Below, piece after piece: positions 23,778-34,017 of a stretch of 64,000 nucleotides of DNA. The translations under genes and the position numbers were made by a program. Source of the DNA: a virus (lineage: Duplodnaviria > Caudoviricetes); the IMG/VR virus record IMGVR_UViG_3300009788_000091, positions 1 to 64,000 of that record. One strand, written 5' to 3'. The notes beneath the pieces were generated by a model, which was given only the letters and a program-made list of their open reading frames with translations, was not told the origin of the DNA and did not search any database. Positions within the stretch are counted from its first letter, which is position 1, and each line of letters begins with the position of its first letter.

Positions 23778-25745
23778 TTATCTTGGTCCAATACACATAA
23801 ATTGAAATGGAGCATCAGCTTGAGCACCAGAACTACAAACAATTGTATCCACACCTACACTAGTTGCACTACTAGTAGTCGCTCGGCTACAAAAACCATT
23901 GGCGTCTAAAGTTATAAAACAATTTGGAGATGTGCTGAATGTTCCAGTGACAAGAGTAAAGGTCATACTTCCAACGGCGTCGTCTGAAGGATTGCCCACA
24001 ATCCAATCGCCATCTTCGCGTGAAACGGTTGGTGTTCCACTATTTGTTATAAATGCTGTAGCTACTTTAATGCCGCCGCTTGATGGGCTAGACAATTGAT
24101 TCAAGACGATAGTTTGTGGGACATGTCGGGTCACAGGAAATACTTCCCAATGAACGTCTTGCTGACCAAGAGTTGCTGTTCTGTTCACAATCACTCTGGA
24201 ATTCAAAAGTAAAGAAATAGCATCTTGTTCAAACATTAACCTAAGTGTCTTTTTCGCCACCAAATTAAAAGTGAACAAACCACATCGACGATGAGAAATT
24301 TTACCAGTGATTCGATTTCCAGCTCCAGGTTCAGTTGTTCTATGACCGCTTGGAATTCTTTCATTTCCTTCAGCTAATATAGTCTGAGCATTATTGGGAG
24401 TTTCAACAATTTGAAATGTAGTAAAGACACCACCAAAATTTGTAGCATTACCTACTTCAAACTCATGAGCGAATGAAACACAAGCTCGAAAAGTGCCCGC
24501 AAACGGCGGAGTAAATGAAATGGCATTTTGTTCGTCAGCGGCTGTGCATGTACTAGAAGTGCTTTCTGTGGTGCCCGCACATCCAATTAAAACAGGCGCA
24601 GAACCAGGATTGGTAACAAGATCCAAATTTGTAGTACCCATCCCTGTATAAGTTGTAACATCACTCGTTCCTAAAGAAATAATTGCACCTGGTCCACCAA
24701 TATTTGCATTAATATGCCAACCTTGATCTTTAGGTTGAATTACTTTTTGTGAACCAAGCGGGAATCGTTTTACAATCCACTGCATTTGCCCAGCAGTTCC
24801 GGTTGCAGTTGCGTTTTGTATGGTTAAATTTCCACTACTCACTTCACCAAAAATTTCAAGACTTTTTGGACCTTCTACAAGATGGTCGAAAGTTCCATGT
24901 AAGGCTATAACATCAAAATTAGATGCATCTTGATTTCCATAACTTCGTTTATCCAAATCAGCGCTAGCTGTGTTATCTCGTAAAGTATATGTGCTATCGG
25001 CGACAGCTACACTTAATGCAACAGTAAACATCACCTGTACATCATATGAACCTGGAGAAAGACTTGACCATTTCATTGTAGGCAAATCATCATCAGCAGT
25101 ATCAACAATCGCCTCTGCATCTGAATTAGCAACAACAATAGCTGGACATGCTGCTGTTGTAGGAAAAGCACCAGAAGATGTGCTTGTTCTAGTCCAAGAA
25201 CAACTTGCAGTGGCAGGATAATTAGCATTTGTAGCAATGGCAGACTGCGCGACTTTAGTTAATTCATTTAATCCAAGAAAAGTGGAATCCACTTTAATTT
25301 CAGCAGCATCTGCTGTTGCTAAAATTCTTAATGAAAGATTTCCAGTATTAGGACAAGTGAATGTGACTTCCGCATCCGTATAAACAGTAACAGGTGTTAA
25401 TACAACTTCGCGTAAAGCATTGGTTCCATCGTAAATTTGCAACTTAAGATTTGCATCACCCCCATTGTATTTCATGCTGACAACACAATCACGGTTATGT
25501 AATGATTTTGGAACCGCTACTAGATTGGATCTTAAAAAATCATTGTTTACAGCAGCGTCATATTTTCCAGCTGCCAATCCTTCCGCAAAGTCAGTCTTTT
25601 CAATTGAGAAAACACCGCCAGATCGAATCCATCTAAAACCTGCTTGTTCAAAACCTGGATTTACAATTTGATTAACTGGGTTTTGTGCAAATGCACTGTT
25701 TCCAATTAAAAAAACCAAAGTTAATAAAAATTTAAATGTTTTCAT
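23778..25745 (-). CDS. Fibre/adhesin-like protein with Sec signal peptide, CBM-like N-domain and beta-sandwich repeats
   Basis: MKTFKFLLTLVFLIGNSAFA signal; NPGFEQ...W CBM-like start; 12 Cys; C-terminal fibre-tip-like domain ending FMCIGPR. Confidence 0.7.
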   Translation of the reverse strand: MKTFKFLLTLVFLIGNSAFAQNPVNQIVNPGFEQAGFRWIRSGGVFSIEKTDFAEGLAAGKYDAAVNNDFLRSNLVAVPKSLHNRDCVVSMKYNGGDANLKLQIYDGTNALREVVLTPVTVYTDAEVTFTCPNTGNLSLRILATADAAEIKVDSTFLGLNELTKVAQSAIATNANYPATASCSWTRTSTSSGAFPTTAACPAIVVANSDAEAIVDTADDDLPTMKWSSLSPGSYDVQVMFTVALSVAVADSTYTLRDNTASADLDKRSYGNQDASNFDVIALHGTFDHLVEGPKSLEIFGEVSSGNLTIQNATATGTAGQMQWIVKRFPLGSQKVIQPKDQGWHINANIGGPGAIISLGTSDVTTYTGMGTTNLDLVTNPGSAPVLIGCAGTTESTSSTCTAADEQNAISFTPPFAGTFRACVSFAHEFEVGNATNFGGVFTTFQIVETPNNAQTILAEGNERIPSGHRTTEPGAGNRITGKISHRRCGLFTFNLVAKKTLRLMFEQDAISLLLNSRVIVNRTATLGQQDVHWEVFPVTRHVPQTIVLNQLSSPSSGGIKVATAFITNSGTPTVSREDGDWIVGNPSDDAVGSMTFTLVTGTFSTSPNCFITLDANGFCSRATTSSATSVGVDTIVCSSGAQADAPFQFMCIGPR

Positions 25746-25758
25746 GTTCTACCCCTTT

Positions 25759-26457
25759 TTATGCACTAAATGATGGTATGAAACTGTCTCTTAATACTCT
25801 GGCTTCTCCAACAGAAGAAACACTTTCATTTCCAAAGTCCCTAAAAATCTTTACCAATAATATATTACCAGGAGCCACTGCAACTGCATTAATTTCACCT
25901 GATCCATCTGTTAAATCAATATCCCCAATTGCTTTTACTTCCAAAGAACTTGCTGGAACGGTTGTTTCTGCGTTTATACTCGTATGGGTGTCTGATAATG
26001 ATCCCAATTGACTTGTACCTGGTTGAATCAATGTAGTGACAGCTCTTACTAAAACATTGTTTGCTGTTGGTACAATTCCATAAACCCCATTTTTTAAATT
26101 AATTTGATCTCCAGCAACATAAGTTAATGGTACATTTGCAATTGCAAAAGCATTTACAGCATCTAATTCATTTAATAAAAAACTACGCACACCTTGAGCA
26201 TCTACATCTTCTGGTGCCTGATCGACTGCTCCAAGATAAAAAACAAAACTTCCAGCACTTCCACCACCACCTAAACGAATAAATTCAGGAACAGTACTTT
26301 TAACAATCCAATAAGTATTATTATCAGTTTGTTTTACAATTTTTCCTATATCGGCAGTTACATATGTTGCGCCTATTCTTGCAGCTGTATTAGCAAATGC
26401 AAACGCATGAAATTGATGGATGTTAGCCAGTACTAAATCTTTATGTAAATTACTCAT
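25759..26457 (-). CDS. Tail fibre-associated structural protein
   Basis: FANTAAR...DIGKIVKQTDNNTYW short beta repeat typical of fibres. Confidence 0.6.
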   Translation of the reverse strand: MSNLHKDLVLANIHQFHAFAFANTAARIGATYVTADIGKIVKQTDNNTYWIVKSTVPEFIRLGGGGSAGSFVFYLGAVDQAPEDVDAQGVRSFLLNELDAVNAFAIANVPLTYVAGDQINLKNGVYGIVPTANNVLVRAVTTLIQPGTSQLGSLSDTHTSINAETTVPASSLEVKAIGDIDLTDGSGEINAVAVAPGNILLVKIFRDFGNESVSSVGEARVLRDSFIPSFSA

Positions 26458-26467
26458 TTTCGTCCCC

Positions 26468-28576
26468 TTATACTTTAAATATAATATCGCCTAAATTGTC
26501 AACAATAATACCACCAGTGTCAGCATCTAAAATCAAATTAGAAACTGATTCACCCGTTGCTGCACCTGCTTCGCCAGCAAATGGTAATCGAGTAAAGTTT
26601 GATTCAGAAATATTTCTAATTGCAGTTACGCTTACACCAGAATCATTTTGAACTGCAACAACTGCTGCTGCAATTGCTGCACTAGATAATAATGGATTTG
26701 GTGCAGCAGATTGTGTAGCACCGAAACCTGTAGCTGGTATAATTAAAAGAGTATCATCAGTTAGTAAATTTATACTATATTTAATCCATTCATCAGGATT
26801 TGCTGTAAAATCAGTTGGAGTAAAATTAGCCCCACCTGTTACAACACCTGTTTCAAAATTAATTAAACCGCCGGTAAAACCAGAAATTATTGTTCCAAAT
26901 GGTAATGTAAAAACACTTCCATCAGCAGCGGTTATACTTGATCCAGCAACATTGACAATTGTGTCATTTGGACTATTTGGAGTAATTTTAAGTAATTTTC
27001 GAGCTAAACTTTCATCGTGAACTTCATTTAAACTAGCATCTACTGTTAATGCATTTCCTAAAATATCAGAATAAACCGTTTTTGCAGCTGTAAGAAGATC
27101 TCGTGTAGCATTTCCATCTCCAAATTCATTTATAAACCAAAGAAGTGTTGCACCAGCATTTTTTGTAATACTCCAAGTTTCACCAGCTTGATCATTATCA
27201 CTATCTAAATCCACACTAAGAGTTGGATCATTTGTAAATAAAGTATTGAAAAATTGAATTTGACCATCTTCTTGAATTTTAAAAATAAGATTCGCAAGTA
27301 AAACTGAATTATTATAAAAATTATATGCGTGTCCTGCTCCATCATTATTCGCATCAATCAAAAAATCCATATCAGTTAATGATTGGAGAACAGAATTAAA
27401 AGTAACTGTATCAGTAGCAATGTCATCACCAAAAGTTGAGCTGCCTTCTACAACTATAGTTGATTGAAACACAGTTGCTACTGCTGAAATATTTTGAAAA
27501 TATGCATTTCCATGAGCGTCAATAAATGCAATGGGTGTTCCACCACTATCAAGAATTCGCCATTTAATTCCTTGAATTCCACTTCCACCACCTGATGGGA
27601 AAAGTGTATGTGAAGCTGGTACATCAGGAGTATCTTCATCACTAGCATTAACTTGGGTAGCGAGTTGTACACCCGTTACAGTCTGTTTTGTAGTGATGGT
27701 GTCTGGATTAATGTCAGAATGAATTCCAGTTGTAATGTCATGTTCAACACCAAAAAAAGCACCTAATGCACCAATTGGAACACTTAAATTATTTACATCA
27801 GTTTGATTAAAACCTGTTGGGCTACTTCCTAGACCAATACCAGTTACTATTCCTAAAAATAAAATATTACTATCAAGTCTTAAATCAGTATTTCTTTTAA
27901 CAGTAGGCCCAATTAAAAAAACTTGATAATCAGAAGCAGTCGTTGAAATACTTCCAACAATTTGGCCTAATGCAGTTGTTGTTTCGATTTTATTATTTGA
28001 ACCATCCCAAAGAACAGTTAAATCTTCAAATAATTGCGCCTCACTTTTAGGATCTTTTAACCAAATTCTTACTTTTCTTCCAGCATTACTAACACCAGCT
28101 TCAGTAACGCTATCAACAATAACTGTAAGAGTTTCATCACCATCATCAACAACTGAATCAGGATCAGCCAATTCACCTATTGCTTCTTCTAAAAATGTAA
28201 ATTTAATTTTTCCAGTACGAACATTAATTTCACTTTCTCTTGGAACACGATTAAATCTTGCACCAATAAAATATGGAATTGCAGCTGTATTTTGAAAAGG
28301 AACGCTAGTGAAATTTAATGGATCAGGAATTAAAAGATTTCCTTGTGCGCCATCTGTGCCAGTCAAAGGAGTAAAAACTGTAAAGGTATCAATTACTGAT
28401 GAAGATAAAAGTGTAGTCGTTGCAATGTCAGGAGAAAAAACTCCATTAATTGGGTAAACTATTCCAAATAAATCTTTAGTTAGTTGTTCGAGATAATCAA
28501 AAAAATTGGTAGTGATCTCTTGTTGTGCTAGAAATTTTTTAAGAAAAATATCTACTTTTCTATCACTTGTCGCCAT
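26468..28576 (-). CDS. Tail fibre protein (baseplate-proximal)
   Basis: 702-aa T/G/D/S-rich protein directly after the baseplate wedge genes. Confidence 0.7.
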   Translation of the reverse strand: MATSDRKVDIFLKKFLAQQEITTNFFDYLEQLTKDLFGIVYPINGVFSPDIATTTLLSSSVIDTFTVFTPLTGTDGAQGNLLIPDPLNFTSVPFQNTAAIPYFIGARFNRVPRESEINVRTGKIKFTFLEEAIGELADPDSVVDDGDETLTVIVDSVTEAGVSNAGRKVRIWLKDPKSEAQLFEDLTVLWDGSNNKIETTTALGQIVGSISTTASDYQVFLIGPTVKRNTDLRLDSNILFLGIVTGIGLGSSPTGFNQTDVNNLSVPIGALGAFFGVEHDITTGIHSDINPDTITTKQTVTGVQLATQVNASDEDTPDVPASHTLFPSGGGSGIQGIKWRILDSGGTPIAFIDAHGNAYFQNISAVATVFQSTIVVEGSSTFGDDIATDTVTFNSVLQSLTDMDFLIDANNDGAGHAYNFYNNSVLLANLIFKIQEDGQIQFFNTLFTNDPTLSVDLDSDNDQAGETWSITKNAGATLLWFINEFGDGNATRDLLTAAKTVYSDILGNALTVDASLNEVHDESLARKLLKITPNSPNDTIVNVAGSSITAADGSVFTLPFGTIISGFTGGLINFETGVVTGGANFTPTDFTANPDEWIKYSINLLTDDTLLIIPATGFGATQSAAPNPLLSSAAIAAAVVAVQNDSGVSVTAIRNISESNFTRLPFAGEAGAATGESVSNLILDADTGGIIVDNLGDIIFKV

Positions 28577-28594
28577 CCAAAACCCCTTTAATTC

Positions 28595-28613
28595 AGTATA
28601 ACTTTGTCTAACA
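28595..28613. promoter_or_regulatory. Tandem box AGTATAACT-T-TGTCTAACA (TATACT -10-like hexamer on the minus strand)
   Basis: Upstream of the tail fibre RBS; degenerate member of the motif. Confidence 0.5.
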
Positions 28614-28640
28614 CATTATGTAAATAAAAACACACCTTTA

Positions 28641-30485
28641 TCATAATGAAAACCCCGGTAAAACTTGTCTAACATCCAATGGTAATTGAAACATTTCTAT
28701 TTCACCAGTTTGCATTGTTGTAGTTGCATCAGTTTTCATACCAAAACGTCCTTTTTCAAACGAAGAATCAATGACTTTATGAATCACATTTGAATCAACA
28801 AATGTTTTAAGCAGCGTGTCATTAGTTAAAGGATTAAAGGTAGTTGTCACTGTAAAAATATAAGATGCTTCAGGTACAATATCAAATGATGTTGTTGCTC
28901 CAATTTGACTTGAAACTCCAACGACTGTTTTATGAAGTGAAACTGAAGCTGTAATAGTATTAATTCGATATTCATAAAAATTTAATGCATCTTGGAAAAA
29001 GAATAAAACAGAAAAAATACCACCAGCTGGATCAGTATCATTAGCTTTAACTTGTAAAACAATATCTTTAAAATCCGCATCACCTAAAACATCAGTAGCA
29101 ACAATAGTATTTGGTGATAATTCAAATTCATTTTCTAAATTAACAATTGCAGAACCGCTAATTATTTCAAATCTTCCTGATCCTTCTATAAAATCATCAA
29201 AAAATCTAATAAAAATTACATTCAATCGTTCAGATGACGGCCTCATTAAATTGAGAATTCTAAGCATCAAATTTTTATTTAAATCACCTTCATCAACAAT
29301 TCGAATGTCTGAAAAGAATTCATCTAATTGCCCTTCAATAAATTCTATAAAACCGGCAATTCGGGGGGTTAAAGTTCCACTAGTTACATCATAAACTGGA
29401 TTTGTGGCAATTCTAAAATTATCCATATCACCAAGATAATTTCCAGTAATGACTCCTGATCCACCGATAACAATCTTTTGAGTATTTGAAGGATCTCCTA
29501 ATCCTCCCAATGCGATTAATCCAGTTGATTCAGTTCCGCCATAATAAAGTCGAACCCCATTTGCTCGATCCATTACTAGAGCCAAATGTCTTGGAACACC
29601 ATCATCAATATTTGCAGCTGGAGTCAAAGATCCTGTAACACTTACAGACCCATCATTAATTTCAAAATTAATTGTATTTGTAGAACTATCAAATTCAATT
29701 TTGACCCCTTTTCCAGACCCGTCAACTTTATGAAATAAAGTTTTGCTTGATTGTAAAACAGTAGTTCTAATGAACATTTCAATGGTCAAATCACCTACAA
29801 AGTCGTATACGGCTGAATGATTTTGAGAGACAACTCCACCATTAAATTTAATATGTTTTGTGCTTCCCAATGGAAATCCAGACGCAGGATTATTAAAGAA
29901 AAATACATCTCCAGTTATCAAAGCATTATTTCTAAAAAAACTACTATCTTTTACATTATTTTCAAAACTCAATAAATCTATTACATCATTAACAGTATCT
30001 TGTTGTTGTTCAACACCTGGTACAGAAATAAACCAAGAATCCTCACCTAATTGTTCTTCACCAAATGCGGCTTCACCAACAATCATTCTAAAATCAAAAA
30101 AATTAAATATTCTAACTGATTTGCCTGTAAAAAGACGAACAATATTTTCATAGCCTTGTTCTGTACCTAATTGTTTCCATAATGCTACAGCAAGAGCTAT
30201 TAATTTTCTTAAATCATTTTCAGTTAAATCTTGAGTAATATTATTTAATTCTCTAGTAAAACCAACTTGGTCTTTTAAAAATTGTAATAAATCTGCTCTT
30301 GTTGTTGCAGGATCAAGAATTGTTTTAATTTCTTCAATTTTTTTCTGAATATCTTCAAAAATATTTTGTGGGCCAGTAAGAAATCTTTCAACAAAATTAT
30401 TACCTTGTTTTTGGTCAATTATCCGAATTGGACGATGGAGGAATTTAAAAATGTCATGTGCGAATTGTGGATCAATTTTACCCAT
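28641..30485 (-). CDS. Baseplate wedge protein (P2 gpI-like) with inserted LamG/ConA-like domain
   Basis: ILDPATTRADLLQFL...LRKLIALAVALWKQLGT; DLTIEMFIRT...RHLALV...YLGDMDNFRI (LamG). Confidence 0.8.
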   Translation of the reverse strand: MGKIDPQFAHDIFKFLHRPIRIIDQKQGNNFVERFLTGPQNIFEDIQKKIEEIKTILDPATTRADLLQFLKDQVGFTRELNNITQDLTENDLRKLIALAVALWKQLGTEQGYENIVRLFTGKSVRIFNFFDFRMIVGEAAFGEEQLGEDSWFISVPGVEQQQDTVNDVIDLLSFENNVKDSSFFRNNALITGDVFFFNNPASGFPLGSTKHIKFNGGVVSQNHSAVYDFVGDLTIEMFIRTTVLQSSKTLFHKVDGSGKGVKIEFDSSTNTINFEINDGSVSVTGSLTPAANIDDGVPRHLALVMDRANGVRLYYGGTESTGLIALGGLGDPSNTQKIVIGGSGVITGNYLGDMDNFRIATNPVYDVTSGTLTPRIAGFIEFIEGQLDEFFSDIRIVDEGDLNKNLMLRILNLMRPSSERLNVIFIRFFDDFIEGSGRFEIISGSAIVNLENEFELSPNTIVATDVLGDADFKDIVLQVKANDTDPAGGIFSVLFFFQDALNFYEYRINTITASVSLHKTVVGVSSQIGATTSFDIVPEASYIFTVTTTFNPLTNDTLLKTFVDSNVIHKVIDSSFEKGRFGMKTDATTTMQTGEIEMFQLPLDVRQVLPGFSL

Positions 30486-30645
30486 CTAAAGTTCCTTTTT
30501 GTAATAATAATGCACAATCATGACAATATAATTCCAATTCATCATCACCAAAAATATCAGCAGCAGGTGGAAAATATGCTAAAGATTCTTCACATTCTGC
30601 ACAACGAATTATCTCCCATGCTGTAATATTCCCATTTCCGCCCAT
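30478..30645 (-). CDS. Small C4 Zn-finger protein (55 aa, not in ORF track)
   Basis: MGGNGNITAWEIIRCAECEESLAYFPPAADIFGDDELELYCHDCALLLQKGTLDG; AAGGA RBS; overlaps the next start. Confidence 0.65.
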   Translation of the reverse strand: MGGNGNITAWEIIRCAECEESLAYFPPAADIFGDDELELYCHDCALLLQKGTLDG

Positions 30646-30659
30646 TTAAATTATTTCCT

Positions 30660-33467
30660 TCATATTACAGAAACCGTTACTGTTCCAGCTATTGGTAATT
30701 CCCTTGTAGCCAAAACTACATCGGCTGATGGAGTTGTTAAAACTACTTTTTTAATATTTACTGGATCGACTTCAAAAATTTCAGCAATGATTACTGAAAA
30801 TGGTATCTCTTGCCCAAATTCCCACCTTTTTGTTACACCATCATCAAATGTTGCTTCAGGATTTAAAAGTGATGTAATTGCATTTTTAATTTGTTCTTCA
30901 TTACCTCCTGTAACAGTTGCAACAACATCGATAATTTTTGGTGTAAAATTGACAATTGTAACTTCATGATTGGATAAAATAATTGGACTAATCCCAAGTA
31001 CTTTATTCCCATTAAAAAAATCAGTTAATTCTGTTCTTTCAGCTTCAGTTAATAAAATTCCACCTTGTCCTACAACAACTAGTTCAATTGTTTTAACTCC
31101 AAAAGTTTCTTCAATTCCTAATGCTCGACTTACAATTTCACTCCCACTAGCAGCAGTAAATTGAGTAGCTAAAAATTCAAAGTCTGGAATAGTAATAGCT
31201 CTACCTCTAGTTCGAAGTGTTGCTGGGCCTTCAATTTTTAATCTTGCTAAATCTTCATCAGTAGAGCCTTCTTTAACTGTAAATCCTTTAGCTTGACGTG
31301 GATTAAAAATTCGGTCAACAAAACTAATTCCACTTTTATTAACTGTGATAGTTTCAGCGCCAACATTTCCATCATTATCGGCACCAATTCGATAAATCGC
31401 TCGTATATTATCGACACCAGCAAGAGGAATTTTACCTCTAGTTCCATCTCCAAATTTTATTGTAGCTTGATCATCAGCGGCGATAGTAACTGTTAAATCT
31501 TTTGATACTGAAGTAGAATTTAGAAAATTTTCTACAATATTCCAAGGTTGAAAACCTGATCCCTCGTTTGCTTCAACAATTAATGTTCCTTCAATAATAG
31601 GATTGAAAGTTAATAAAAATGCTTGATCAGGAGTACCATTTGAACTCGCTAATGGGTCTTCAGCTACAGATTGTCCTTGAACTACAGGTACTAATAAAAA
31701 TTGTTTTCCAGTATCAATTCTTATTCGATCTACATTTGGATTTTTTCCAATTCCAATATTTTCATGAGGGAAAGAAGTTTCGCTTAATCCTAATATTTCA
31801 AATGTCGCATCGTTGCCTGATGGTGCGACTAATCGTACAAGACTTAGACCACCTACAATGGGTGAAGTTAATTTAAGTTGACCGCCACTATCGCTTGCAA
31901 CACTAGAAAGACTTGCATCAACTACAGTTAATGCTGCATTTATATTTGAAACAATTGTACTGATTGTATAAGGAGAACTAACACCTGCATCTCCAGTTAC
32001 ATCAATTTCAGTTTCTGCAAACGCATCAACTTTAATTTTAATATTAAAATTAGATGTATCAAGAGCACTACCATCAAAACCTGTTCCAGTTATACTAGCT
32101 GCTGTTTCGGTAAATTTTGTTACTCGAAATCTTGACCAAGATCCAGCTAAACTATTGACAATAGTTGATATCCAATTTTGTGTTTGATTTTGTGGTAAAT
32201 CAAATGAAACTTTACCATCAGCTGTAAAAAATGAGGTTAAATCATTGGTATTTGCTACTTCATTCCAGACTGATCCAACTACATAAGCTTGTTCATCAAG
32301 ATCAACAACTGCTTGTCCTAAAAGACCTTTAGTTGTAATAATATTTTTTCCACCAGTAAATGTACTTACAACAGTTTCTGATGCACCTGTTGCTGATAGA
32401 ACAACTCGAACAACAGTATCTTTTCTATTACTTGTTCCTAAAAAATCAGTTAAATCAAATTCAAGATTTGATCCAAGATTTGTTACAGAATCAGGTTTAT
32501 CATCATCTAATGTATTATCAAAAAATTCCCAAACCCCTTCAATACCTGAACCAAAAGAATTAAAAACAAATTCTACAGTATCCCATAAAATATCTAGATG
32601 ATTTATATAAATAATATCACCAGCTTTTGGTTTATCATCAAATAAGTCAAAAAATAAACCATCTGTTGATGCTAATCCAACTCGATTTAATCCAAATCCT
32701 CCACTTAAAACATCAAAATTATCAGTAGCACCATCATCTTCAACAATAGAAATTGATTCTACATCTTGGGCTAATGGGATGATTGAAATTATATCAATTC
32801 CATCGTTAATTGCGAATACACGTCCATTAATTTCATCAGCAACAGAATTATTAATTGAATCTGTAATAGCTTGTAAGGTTAAAGCAATGGTTCCGCCTGG
32901 TGTCCATTCAATACCATTTCTAAAATCAACACCCTCAATAGTAAGTTTATCACCACCATCAAAAGCATTATCTTTAATTAAAATTTTACCAGCTGTAAAT
33001 GTGAAAATAGATGTAGGATTATCTGTTGGTGTTATTGTAAAACTTAAATCAGTTTCATAAATAATTTGAGGATTTTCTTCTGTTTCAACTGTAGCAAACT
33101 GTGAATTGATTGGAACAATATTTGTACTAGCAAGAAATACTTTTGAAAATTCTAAGATAACATCAGCTTGAGCAGGTTTAGCCTGGCTCAATCTAACATC
33201 AATTAAAGCTAATTGGCCTTTAACTGATTCTAAAAGCCGTGAAGTAGGTAATAAAGTTTCTGTTGCAGCAATATCCAATAGAACATTGTTTAAATGCGCA
33301 ACTAATGCAAACGCACTTAAAAGCTGGATAAAGGGTTCATTTGGATTTTCATCTGTAATTTCAGGTACAAAAGTTCGTTTAAATTGCAATAATGATCGAA
33401 AAATTTCAGGATAATAAAAGCCAGAAAAATCAAAATCAGGAATTTCTATTATGTCACCATTAGCCAC
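30660..33467 (-). CDS. Baseplate wedge protein, gpJ/T4 gp6-like, with large insertions
   Basis: PEITDENPNEPFIQLL...ETLLPT; IKFGDGTRGKIP; YRIG...GNVGA; RAITIPDFE. Confidence 0.9.
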   Translation of the reverse strand: MANGDIIEIPDFDFSGFYYPEIFRSLLQFKRTFVPEITDENPNEPFIQLLSAFALVAHLNNVLLDIAATETLLPTSRLLESVKGQLALIDVRLSQAKPAQADVILEFSKVFLASTNIVPINSQFATVETEENPQIIYETDLSFTITPTDNPTSIFTFTAGKILIKDNAFDGGDKLTIEGVDFRNGIEWTPGGTIALTLQAITDSINNSVADEINGRVFAINDGIDIISIIPLAQDVESISIVEDDGATDNFDVLSGGFGLNRVGLASTDGLFFDLFDDKPKAGDIIYINHLDILWDTVEFVFNSFGSGIEGVWEFFDNTLDDDKPDSVTNLGSNLEFDLTDFLGTSNRKDTVVRVVLSATGASETVVSTFTGGKNIITTKGLLGQAVVDLDEQAYVVGSVWNEVANTNDLTSFFTADGKVSFDLPQNQTQNWISTIVNSLAGSWSRFRVTKFTETAASITGTGFDGSALDTSNFNIKIKVDAFAETEIDVTGDAGVSSPYTISTIVSNINAALTVVDASLSSVASDSGGQLKLTSPIVGGLSLVRLVAPSGNDATFEILGLSETSFPHENIGIGKNPNVDRIRIDTGKQFLLVPVVQGQSVAEDPLASSNGTPDQAFLLTFNPIIEGTLIVEANEGSGFQPWNIVENFLNSTSVSKDLTVTIAADDQATIKFGDGTRGKIPLAGVDNIRAIYRIGADNDGNVGAETITVNKSGISFVDRIFNPRQAKGFTVKEGSTDEDLARLKIEGPATLRTRGRAITIPDFEFLATQFTAASGSEIVSRALGIEETFGVKTIELVVVGQGGILLTEAERTELTDFFNGNKVLGISPIILSNHEVTIVNFTPKIIDVVATVTGGNEEQIKNAITSLLNPEATFDDGVTKRWEFGQEIPFSVIIAEIFEVDPVNIKKVVLTTPSADVVLATRELPIAGTVTVSVI

Positions 33468-33470
33468 GAT

Positions 33471-33842
33471 TTACCCCTTTGCGAATGATCGTCTGAAAGT
33501 TTCAACCTTATTTGTTTCTAAGTCTACATAACTAACAATTAATGCTACCTCACCTAAAGTATCTTCATCAAATGTAATCGGTGTACTAGGTGCTAATTCT
33601 AATAATCCTAAAAATTGTCCAAAAATTCGTTGCACTTCTCTTTTTGCTTTTCCTCTAAAAGCAGCGTCTTTAATGCTAAAAATGAGATTTGGATTCAATC
33701 CTAAATTCTGAAAAGCATTGTCATCCCCACCTTCAGATAATGCTAATGTGAGCAATTTTTTCTTTTGCTCAGCGCCATTTTTTTCAATAGCTGCCCCTCC
33801 AGATTTATTAACTCCGACTGGAATTTTTAATCCTGTAGCCAT
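33471..33842 (-). CDS. Baseplate protein, gp25/gpW-like
   Basis: GLKIPV N-terminus; size and position just before gpJ. Confidence 0.7.
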   Translation of the reverse strand: MATGLKIPVGVNKSGGAAIEKNGAEQKKKLLTLALSEGGDDNAFQNLGLNPNLIFSIKDAAFRGKAKREVQRIFGQFLGLLELAPSTPITFDEDTLGEVALIVSYVDLETNKVETFRRSFAKG

Positions 33843-34009
33843 TATATAATCTTCCTTTTAATCAATTTTTTATATTTTTGAAATTTTTCCATTTTACAAT
33901 CTTTACAAATATAAACTTTATCCCCATTTTTGCCTTTTAAAATACCAGTGAGTTTTTTAAAATTTAACCCCTTTTCACAATTATAACAATTTCCTAGTTT
34001 ATCATCCAT
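33842..34009 (-). CDS. Small C4 Zn-finger protein (55 aa, ClpX-ZBD-like spacing; not in ORF track)
   Basis: MDDKLGNCYNCEKGLNFKKLTGILKGKNGDKVYICKDCKMEKFQKYKKLIKRKII; TAATG coupling to gp25-like gene. Confidence 0.65.
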   Translation of the reverse strand: MDDKLGNCYNCEKGLNFKKLTGILKGKNGDKVYICKDCKMEKFQKYKKLIKRKII

Positions 34010-34017
34010 ATCTTTTA

